Source: a virus (taxonomy: Duplodnaviria > Heunggongvirae > Uroviricota > Caudoviricetes). Taken from it: a DNA stretch of 64,000 nucleotides. Both the position numbers and the translations under genes were made by a program. Position 1 is the first letter of the stretch; each line of letters starts with the position of its first letter. Location: positions 43,200 through 107,199 of the IMG/VR virus record IMGVR_UViG_2728369130_000006; one strand, 5' to 3'. Shown one piece after another: positions 57,119-64,000 of the stretch. Below the pieces are notes generated by a model. That model saw nothing but the letters and a program-made list of their open reading frames with translations, made no database searches and was not told the DNA's origin.

Positions 57119-58140
57119 TGGAACAATTGAGATTTCTAATGCTAATTGGTTTGCCTGCAAGTGGAAAGTCCACATTTGCAAAAGAACTAATTGAAGGAGA
57201 AAACGGTGCTCAAAGAGATGACATTAAATATCTTTCATCAGATAAGATTCGAGAAGAATTATATGGGGATGAGAGTGTTCAGACTGACCCTTCAAAAGTT
57301 TTTGAACTAATGAGGACAAGAACATTAGACGCATTAAAAGAAGGTAAACACGTCATTTATGATGCTACTAATATTGGCCGAAAAAAGCGTAAAGGATTGC
57401 TTCAACAGCTTCCAAAAGGGGTGCATAAAACGGCAGTATACATGGCGACAGGCTATGGGACATGCATAGATATGAACACTCATCGTGAGAGAACTGTGCC
57501 AAAAATCGCAATAGACAATATGTATAAAAGTCTACAAATCCCTATTTATTCAGAAGGCTGGGACAATATTGTCTTCAACTATCCAGAAGGGCTAATTGAA
57601 GATGCGCTCCCTAAGCAATTTGTTGACGCGGTGAGAGCGGGAGTCTTGTTAAATAGAGAAGGATATAATCTTATGGATTTTCTTGCTTCATACTTTAGAG
57701 AGTTCTTTGCGATTCACGACTTTCCACAGGATTCGAAATATCATAGCTTTTCGACAAGTAGGCATACATATTACGTTTACAAACATGTTTTAGACAACTA
57801 TAAGACAGAAGATGAAACTGAGAAAGAATTGATGCTTTGGACTGCTCTTCTCCATGATATTGGGAAGCCATTCTGCAAGAGCTTTGCCAACAGAAAAGGT
57901 GAAGAGGTGAGATATGCCAACTTTATTGGACATGAATACGTTGGTTCACAATTAGCCGTACACCTTCTTAAACAAATGGGTTTTGACGATGGTTTTATAC
58001 ATACTGTTGTAACATTGATTCAATTTCATATGTATCTCTTAAATCAAGACGCTAATAAAGAAAAGCTTAAGAGATATGTGGGAGAGGATTTATTTAAGAA
58101 GTTAGAATTTCTAAGGGAAGCAGATACATTAGCACATTAA
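57118..58140 (+). CDS. polynucleotide kinase (P-loop) fused to an HD-domain phosphohydrolase (RNA end-healing enzyme)
   Basis: LIGLPASGKSTFAKEL (Walker A) plus the C-terminal H...HDIGKP...H...H HD signature. Adjacent to the RNA ligase. Confidence 0.5.
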   Translation: MEQLRFLMLIGLPASGKSTFAKELIEGENGAQRDDIKYLSSDKIREELYGDESVQTDPSKVFELMRTRTLDALKEGKHVIYDATNIGRKKRKGLLQQLPKGVHKTAVYMATGYGTCIDMNTHRERTVPKIAIDNMYKSLQIPIYSEGWDNIVFNYPEGLIEDALPKQFVDAVRAGVLLNREGYNLMDFLASYFREFFAIHDFPQDSKYHSFSTSRHTYYVYKHVLDNYKTEDETEKELMLWTALLHDIGKPFCKSFANRKGEEVRYANFIGHEYVGSQLAVHLLKQMGFDDGFIHTVVTLIQFHMYLLNQDANKEKLKRYVGEDLFKKLEFLREADTLAH

Positions 58141-58154
58141 AGAGGAGTGGAGTT

Positions 58155-58406
58155 ATGTTTTTAAAGTTTTTTAAGAAAAAAGAAGAAAAGAAGCCTGAGT
58201 TGAAAGTTTTTTCTTATACAATTTATAAAACTGATGGTTCTTCTATTGATGCTTTAGAATACATAGAAAGTGAGAGTAAGCTTTCAAATTTCTTAGTCAA
58301 TTCATTAGAATACAACAACACACTATGGGTTGTAGATCAGGACGATAAAAGATTCATTCTTAAAACAAAGGATATAAAAGAGATTGTAATTAATGGAGAG
58401 ATTTGA
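58155..58406 (+). CDS. hypothetical small protein
   Basis: RBS AGAGGAGTGGAG. Confidence 0.35.
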   Translation: MFLKFFKKKEEKKPELKVFSYTIYKTDGSSIDALEYIESESKLSNFLVNSLEYNNTLWVVDQDDKRFILKTKDIKEIVINGEI

Positions 58407-58409
58407 CTA

Positions 58410-58604
58410 TTGAATCTTAAATTTGAATTGAAAGACGGACGAATTTTCCTTATCGTAGAAATCAACATTTGGGATGGGGTTGTTGAGAGAAGAGATGTTA
58501 CAGATGATCTATATCCAATTATAGGGGAATATCTTAACCAGCCATATGCTCACGATTATCAAGAATTGGCCGAAATAAGAAAAACATTGAGAGGGGAAAT
58601 CTAA
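58410..58604 (+). CDS. hypothetical small protein
   Basis: TTG start. Confidence 0.3.
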   Translation: MNLKFELKDGRIFLIVEINIWDGVVERRDVTDDLYPIIGEYLNQPYAHDYQELAEIRKTLRGEI

Positions 58605-58605
58605 T

Positions 58606-59175
58606 ATGTCAGAAAAAGAAAAAAATAATACTCAAAATATTAGCGGCAAAAAACGAGACCTAATTCTCGGAGGAACGGTCAATGAAGAAAGCATCCATAA
58701 ATTAGTAGAGAAAATTATTGAAATCAATAGGTATGACGAGGATAAATTAGAAAAAGATAGTTCATATACGCCAAAACCAATCAAAATTTATGTTAATACA
58801 TATGGTGGTGTGCTGTACGATGCTAACATGCTAATTGGTGTAATCGAAAGCAGTAAAACTCCTATTCATACATACTGTAGTGGAAAAGCTATGAGCGCTG
58901 GGTTGTATATTTATGTATCAGGGCATAAGCGTTTCGCATCTAAGCTGGCTACTTTTATGTATCATGATGCTTCCACTGGTCAAAAAGACACTGTTGAAGG
59001 ATTAAAACGTGAAATTGATCATGTTGAAAAGCTTCGTGACAGATATGATCAATATATCATTAGCCGAACTAAGCTTCCTAAAGAACTAATGGATAAAACA
59101 AAGCGACACAAAGAAGAGCTTTACCTATTTGCAGATGAAGCGTTGGAATATGGAATTGTAGACGAAATTATTTAA
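58606..59175 (+). CDS. ClpP-like (S14) serine protease
   Basis: IYVNTYGGVLYDANMLIGVIESSKTPIHTYCSGKAMSAGLYIYVSG parallels ClpP I.SPGG.V.AG.AIYD......V.T.C.G.AASM. Catalytic Ser in GKAMSAG. Confidence 0.5.
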   Translation: MSEKEKNNTQNISGKKRDLILGGTVNEESIHKLVEKIIEINRYDEDKLEKDSSYTPKPIKIYVNTYGGVLYDANMLIGVIESSKTPIHTYCSGKAMSAGLYIYVSGHKRFASKLATFMYHDASTGQKDTVEGLKREIDHVEKLRDRYDQYIISRTKLPKELMDKTKRHKEELYLFADEALEYGIVDEII

Positions 59176-59177
59176 CT

Positions 59178-59206
59178 AATATAAAACTAATTAATAATGA
59201 ATAATG
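59178..59206 (+). promoter_or_regulatory. promoter-like copy of the conserved element (weak hexamers)
   Basis: Read directly from the sequence. Confidence 0.35.
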
Positions 59207-59216
59207 AGGTGTATCA

Positions 59217-60521
59217 GTGAAGGAATTAGTAAAGATATTTCACGAATTAAAAAATGAATCATCTCGAAACGGCAAAGAGGTGATTCTGAAAAAGTATGAA
59301 GATAATGAATTGTTTAAAGAAGTTTTAAAGTTTGTGTTCAACCCATACATAGTGACTGGAATCTCAACTAAGAAAATTAATAAAAACATAAAGCTTGATG
59401 AATATGTAACGATTATTCGAGACATTCAAGGTTTGATGGATTATTTGAAACGTCTCAATAGTGGTAGAGATGCAGACATTTTAAGTGTGCAATATTTCAT
59501 AGATAAACTTGAAACCGATGATGAAAAAGAATTAGCGAAACAAATCGCTACAAAAGATTTAAAAGTTGGTATTACCCAGAAAACTATCAACAAGGTTTAC
59601 GGCAAAGGTTTCATCCCAAGCTTTTCAGTAATGTTAGCAGAATCCTATGCCAAGAAAGAACCAAAAGTAAAGGGAAAATTCTATGTCACATTAAAGCTTG
59701 ACGGTAATCGATGTGTTGCAATCAAAGATGAGGGTAAGGTTAACTTTTTTACGCGGCAAGGGAAAGAAATCAATGGAATGACCGAGTTAGAAGAGCAGTT
59801 TAGATATTTGCCTGACGGATGGGTTTTCGATGGAGAACTTCTACTTGCTAATGAAGAGAATCTTTCTTCCGATGATCTTTTTAGAGCAACACAAAAAGTC
59901 GTTCGTAAAGATGGAGAAAAGAAAGATTTAGAGTTTTACATGTTTGATACTCTACCTCTTGCAGAATTTAAAGATGGGAAATCAAAAAATACATATGAAA
60001 AACGTAGAAATCAACTTGATTTATTTGATGGTATCCTTTCTGAAAACAGTTCGAATAACATAAGAATCTTGCCAGTTCTTTATGCAGGAGAGGACAAAGA
60101 AATGATCTCTGTCTTGATGAAGTGGGCAGAAGAGGCAGATCACGAAGGACTTATGATTAACAAGGCAGATGGCCTATATGCCACAAAGCGAACTGATAGC
60201 TTATTGAAAGTGAAAAAATTCAAAACAGCAGACCTTATTGTTACATCAATTGAAAAAGCTATCGATGGTCAGTTCAAAGGACTGCTTTCTAGAGTAAATG
60301 TTGAATACAAAGGCAATATCGTTGGTGTTGGATCAGGATTTACCCCTGATCAAAGAAGGGAATTTGGCGATAATCCTGACCTCATCTGTGGAAAAATTAT
60401 CGAGGTTCAATATTTCGAAGAATCTAAAGATGAAAAAACAGGACAGCCATCTTTGAGGTTTCCAGTATTTAAAGGCATTAGATATGACAAAGGAGTTGAT
60501 GATATTAATTATGGAGAATAG
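59217..60521 (+). CDS. ATP-dependent DNA ligase
   Basis: Motif I VTLKLDGNRCVA (KxDGxR), downstream nucleotidyltransferase motifs and an OB-like C-terminus. 434 aa. Confidence 0.55.
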   Translation: MKELVKIFHELKNESSRNGKEVILKKYEDNELFKEVLKFVFNPYIVTGISTKKINKNIKLDEYVTIIRDIQGLMDYLKRLNSGRDADILSVQYFIDKLETDDEKELAKQIATKDLKVGITQKTINKVYGKGFIPSFSVMLAESYAKKEPKVKGKFYVTLKLDGNRCVAIKDEGKVNFFTRQGKEINGMTELEEQFRYLPDGWVFDGELLLANEENLSSDDLFRATQKVVRKDGEKKDLEFYMFDTLPLAEFKDGKSKNTYEKRRNQLDLFDGILSENSSNNIRILPVLYAGEDKEMISVLMKWAEEADHEGLMINKADGLYATKRTDSLLKVKKFKTADLIVTSIEKAIDGQFKGLLSRVNVEYKGNIVGVGSGFTPDQRREFGDNPDLICGKIIEVQYFEESKDEKTGQPSLRFPVFKGIRYDKGVDDINYGE

Positions 60522-60909
60522 ACCAAAGAAAATTTTAATTACATATTTTAATAGTCAAGATATCTCTTCTATAGGAGCAAGAGAGGCAATGTTTCAGAAA
60601 GTTGTTAAAGACTTGGTTTCCGAAGGGAAAAAGACAGCGAGCTATCAAACACCTTCCCCTCAATTACGAAAAGAGTTTTTTACAGATGGAAGTGTAATTT
60701 ATTTTGCACCAATTGGACAAATAGAAGCGGATGAGAAATTCACACAAATCTTCGTAGATAAATCAATAATGTCCACTCAAAATGGTGTTGATTTTGTTAA
60801 AAATTCAATAATGACCAGAGTTAATTTGAATTTTAACACTGAGAAAAAACAAATCAATTTCTTTTCTTTAGAGAATGGAAAATTAAAAGTGACAACAGAA
60901 GGAGAGTAA
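60508..60909 (+). CDS. hypothetical protein
   Basis: ORF, start uncertain. Confidence 0.35.
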   Translation: MMENRPKKILITYFNSQDISSIGAREAMFQKVVKDLVSEGKKTASYQTPSPQLRKEFFTDGSVIYFAPIGQIEADEKFTQIFVDKSIMSTQNGVDFVKNSIMTRVNLNFNTEKKQINFFSLENGKLKVTTEGE

Positions 60910-60913
60910 TAAA

Positions 60914-61483
60914 ATGAGCGAACAAATCAAAGCTGTAATCAATCTAAATGAAAATGATGTTGAAAAATCTATTACTAAAGGAGATAACCTTGTAAAAGGT
61001 GATGAAATTATTGTTAGAGAATTTGTTAATGGAATTGACGTTTCGTTTAAACGAGTTATCAACAATCTCGTGGGATTTTCCACATCTCGCGATAAAGAAT
61101 CTGTTCTTGAATTTCATAAATTTGTTGACCATTTAAAAATTCATGTTGGTGATGGATATACTTTTTTAGGAAAGTGGTTAAAAAAAGGGGAATTTCTGCT
61201 TGAGGACATTCTTGACAATGAAACAGATCAGCACTTGCCTCATACAGCAGTAAAACGAATTGGACAAGATTTAGGGTTGAATGTAGCTCCTTTATTGTAT
61301 GCAGGGGAATATAAAGGAGCTGATCAGATTACAGAAATTGCTCTAAATGTTAAAGGTGATTTTGAAATTAAAACAGTCAAAAAACCATTTCAAATGAAAA
61401 TCATTAATAAAAAAGAAGAGAAAGTTAAAGCGGAGAACAAAGAAAAACAAAGCAAAAGGCAAATTAGCTCTAAAAAGAAATGA
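60914..61483 (+). CDS. hypothetical protein with a Lys-rich C-terminal tail
   Basis: RBS AGGAGAG. Confidence 0.4.
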   Translation: MSEQIKAVINLNENDVEKSITKGDNLVKGDEIIVREFVNGIDVSFKRVINNLVGFSTSRDKESVLEFHKFVDHLKIHVGDGYTFLGKWLKKGEFLLEDILDNETDQHLPHTAVKRIGQDLGLNVAPLLYAGEYKGADQITEIALNVKGDFEIKTVKKPFQMKIINKKEEKVKAENKEKQSKRQISSKKK

Positions 61484-62025
61484 GTTGCTTTCAATTTGAA
61501 ATAAATTTTGATAAAACCCTTGCTTTTACAGGTCATAGACCAGATAAATTGTTTGGCTATGACCCTCTGGAAGAGGGGAATATGCGACTGTTTCTAAAAT
61601 TAAAAACCCTTGTTGAGCGACTTATTAATAGAAGAGGAATAGATACATTTGTCTCAGGTATGGCACTTGGATCAGACATGTGGTCAGCGCAAGTAATCCT
61701 TTCTTTAAAAAAGAAATACCCACATATTAAATTGATTTGTGCAGTCCCCTGTATGAATCAAAGCGAAAAGTGGAAGAGAGGAGACAAAGATACATATCAT
61801 AATATTTTAAAAGATGCAGATCATATCTGCTATATATCAAAAGAAGATTACACTCCTTGGTGTATGCAAAAAAGAAATGAGTGGATGGTAGACAACTCTA
61901 AATTTCTAATAGCAATTTGGGATGGAATTGAAGCCGGAGGAACTTGGAATACAGTTAAATATGCTAATAAGAGACAAAGAAGTGTAATACGGCTTGATCC
62001 TAAATCTTTAAGTATCACTTTGTAG
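61480..62025 (+). CDS. YpsA-like (DUF1273) SLOG-domain protein
   Basis: LAFTGHRPDKL...SGMALGSDMWSAQVIL...WMVDNSKFLIAIWDG..GGTWNTVKYA matches the YpsA/UPF0398 pattern. Confidence 0.5.
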   Translation: MSCFQFEINFDKTLAFTGHRPDKLFGYDPLEEGNMRLFLKLKTLVERLINRRGIDTFVSGMALGSDMWSAQVILSLKKKYPHIKLICAVPCMNQSEKWKRGDKDTYHNILKDADHICYISKEDYTPWCMQKRNEWMVDNSKFLIAIWDGIEAGGTWNTVKYANKRQRSVIRLDPKSLSITL

Positions 62026-62314
62026 TGTAAGAAAAGGTGAGAATCAATTGAGTCAATTAAATAAAGTTAGTTTCATTCAAAAAAAATTTGACGAAAACGA
62101 TGTTGAAAAGACTTTAACATATTGCTATCAACTAATCTGGAATGATTTAAGGTTAAATGGAGTTTTGAATGGAGTAATTAATAGAGTAGAAGAATGATGT
62201 TAATACATAATAAGAAAGAGATGAATGCAAGATTTTCATCTCTTTCTTTTCAAATACTATAATAGTGTATATAATTAATATGAGAGTTGTGTACACTTCG
62301 GGAGATGAATTGTC

Positions 62315-63937
62315 ATTAGATATACAGCAATTTATACGCGTGTGTCCACAGATAAGCAAGTAGATCATGGAACAAGTCTTGAATATCAAAGAGAGGCTTG
62401 TTTAAGGAAGGCTGGAGAGCTTGGTATTCCCAACGAGTTTATTCTTGAATATGAAGAAAGAGGTTTCTCTGGTGAAGATATTGAACGTCCTCGAATGGAT
62501 GAATTGCGAGAGGATGTAAAAAAAGAAAAGATAGAAAGAATTATCATCGTTCACCCTGATCGCTTAAGTCGGAATATGATTGACCGACTTCTTGTTTGTA
62601 CTGAATTTGAAAAAAATAATGTTGAACTTGTCTTCGTTGATACTGAGTATAAGAATACAGAAGAAGGGAAGCTCTTTTTTAATATTCAGTCGTCAATCGC
62701 CGAGTATGAATTGGCTTTAATCAAAAAAAGAACAAGAAGAGGATCAATCAAGGCAGTTAAAAATGGATTCGTTATGCCTATGCGTGTACCGCCTTATGGA
62801 TACGACTATGTAGATAGGCAATTAGTTATCAACAAAGAAGAAGCAAAATTCGTTAGGAAAATTTATCAATGGTATGTTTATGATAAGTTGAAAATCAGAG
62901 AAATTGGTGAACGACTTTCCATATTGGGTGCTAAAACAAAAATGAAAAAAAGTCATTTATGGAATCAAAGCACCATCAATAAAATTCTTAAAAATGAAAC
63001 ATACATTGGGAAATTTTATTACAACAAGAAAAAAATGAAAAAGATTAAAGGCGAAAAAACTAAATCAGGTAAACCAAAAAGAGCTTATGAAAATAGAGAT
63101 AAAGAAGAATGGATCGAAGTATCTGTTCCTCCTATAGTCGATTTCGCGACATTCACATTAGCAGAAAATCAACGAGTCAAAAATACAAGTCATTCAGGGA
63201 ATGTGAAACATCAGTACCTTCTGAGGAAAATGATTAGGTGTGCTCACTGCGGTGCAAAATACTCGTCCTACACAACAACCTCTAAAACGAGATCAAGAGT
63301 AACAGGAGAGGTTACATCGACACATTCATACAAAAATTATAGATGTGTGAATAAGAATGGTCGAGTTTTCGGAGAAGGTGCAAAAAGTTGTTGTTCAAAA
63401 ATTTTAAAAGCGAATGAAATTGAAAAACAAATTTGGGAAATGGTTTATGATTTTATTTTTGATCCTTCGAAAATTGTTCATGCTGGAAAAGAAGAAAGAG
63501 CAAATGATTCAGTTAGACAAGCATACGATTTATTGAAGTTTAAATTAGAGGAGATATCTAAAGAACGAAAGAGAATACTTCAATTATTTAAAAAAGGTTA
63601 CATTGAAGAGAACGAAATGGATTTAGATATACAAAAGCTAAATGAAAAAGAAAAGTTAATCAAAGTTGAAATATCAAAATATGAGGATCAGATTCAAGAT
63701 AAAGAAATCGACAATCAGAATAAAAAGGATTTAATAAAATTTATTGGACAAATTAAAAATGAAATCAAGAATCAAGATAAGATTTCTTTTGAAGCAAAGC
63801 AAAAAATCATATCCTCACTCATCGATGAAATTATAGTTGAGTGGGAAGGTGAGCAATATAATATCTCAATTGTCGGTATGATTGGCAATCTCATTAAAGG
63901 ACGTAAAGAGCAATCAGAAACATACCTCGCCAGCTAA
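62315..63937 (+). CDS. large serine recombinase (resolvase catalytic domain + recombinase domain + zinc ribbon + coiled coil)
   Basis: In-frame AIYTRVSTDKQ.....SLEYQ, then ...VHPDRLSRN and the ELVF...EY motifs, CxxC...C pairs and a C-terminal coiled coil. Canonical GTG at 62342. The conserved N-terminus requires an ATT/ATA-type start near 62315. Confidence 0.6.
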   Translation: MRYTAIYTRVSTDKQVDHGTSLEYQREACLRKAGELGIPNEFILEYEERGFSGEDIERPRMDELREDVKKEKIERIIIVHPDRLSRNMIDRLLVCTEFEKNNVELVFVDTEYKNTEEGKLFFNIQSSIAEYELALIKKRTRRGSIKAVKNGFVMPMRVPPYGYDYVDRQLVINKEEAKFVRKIYQWYVYDKLKIREIGERLSILGAKTKMKKSHLWNQSTINKILKNETYIGKFYYNKKKMKKIKGEKTKSGKPKRAYENRDKEEWIEVSVPPIVDFATFTLAENQRVKNTSHSGNVKHQYLLRKMIRCAHCGAKYSSYTTTSKTRSRVTGEVTSTHSYKNYRCVNKNGRVFGEGAKSCCSKILKANEIEKQIWEMVYDFIFDPSKIVHAGKEERANDSVRQAYDLLKFKLEEISKERKRILQLFKKGYIEENEMDLDIQKLNEKEKLIKVEISKYEDQIQDKEIDNQNKKDLIKFIGQIKNEIKNQDKISFEAKQKIISSLIDEIIVEWEGEQYNISIVGMIGNLIKGRKEQSETYLAS

Positions 63938-64000
63938 TCGTATTTTAAGAATATTGGCTCATCCATACTATGCTAGTTGATAATATAACGGCAAAGCGTT

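Noticed and set aside
781-59206. Interpreting the repeated element as transposon terminal inverted repeats or a MITE
   Set aside because: All copies are in the same orientation. They sit in intergenic promoter positions with -35/-10 hexamers at fixed spacing and are not paired or flanked by target-site duplications.
1-64000. tRNA genes, CRISPR arrays, IS elements
   Set aside because: I scanned for T-loop GGTTCGA(A/T)TCC-like motifs, for regularly spaced direct repeats, and for terminal inverted repeats flanking transposase-like ORFs, and found none. The recurring AAACTAATTAATAATG element is not regularly spaced and has no intervening unique spacers of constant length, so it is not a CRISPR array.

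Overview
The window appears to be a contiguous stretch of a large, AT-rich (roughly 30-35% GC) virulent-type bacteriophage genome of a low-GC Gram-positive host. The host assignment rests on Bacillus/Firmicutes-style sigma-A promoter hexamers and AGGAGG-type ribosome binding sites. Essentially every credible gene is on the + strand, and the minus-strand ORFs in the track are shadow ORFs. I found no tRNA or rRNA genes, no CRISPR array and no transposon-like element.

Order along the window:
- 1-11.5 kb: early-type small genes, among them a DUF262/ParB-like protein, an XRE regulator, a Thg1-like enzyme and a free-standing LAGLIDADG endonuclease.
- 13.8-23 kb: replication and recombination module (SSB-like, Sak4-like ATPase, DnaB-like helicase, putative primase, RecJ-like DHH exonuclease).
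- 23-27 kb: a nucleotide-signalling/ADP-ribose handling cluster (SpoT-like HD small alarmone hydrolase, NADAR, RNase H, macro domain, nucleotidyltransferase).
- 27-38 kb: a long run of small hypothetical genes including a PTH2 peptidyl-tRNA hydrolase.
- 38-42.7 kb: SPFH protein, DEDDh exonuclease, a Pol-beta nucleotidyltransferase and an HNH-AP2 endonuclease.
- 42.7-46.8 kb: a two-subunit type II topoisomerase.
- 46.9-52.6 kb: an nrdH-nrdI-nrdE-nrdF-dUTPase operon in which nrdE is split by a roughly 1.06 kb group I intron carrying a decayed GIY-YIG homing-endonuclease gene.
- 53-60.5 kb: guanylate kinase, a nucleotidyltransferase, an S8 protease, an Rnl1-like RNA ligase plus kinase/HD polynucleotide kinase (RNA repair), a ClpP-like protease and an ATP-dependent DNA ligase.
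- 61.5-64 kb: a YpsA-like SLOG protein and a large serine recombinase at the 3' edge.

The most striking sequence-level feature is a 16-19 nt element, ACAAAACTAATTAATAATG, present about 17 times. It usually forms the exact 17-nt spacer of TTGACA-N17-TATAAT promoters. Three copies have no -10 hexamer and sit about 20 nt upstream of start codons. Other points of note are a perfect 19-bp inverted repeat over the -10 of the DUF262 gene promoter, paralogous small genes (one with an in-frame TGA), and conserved intercistronic junction sequences.
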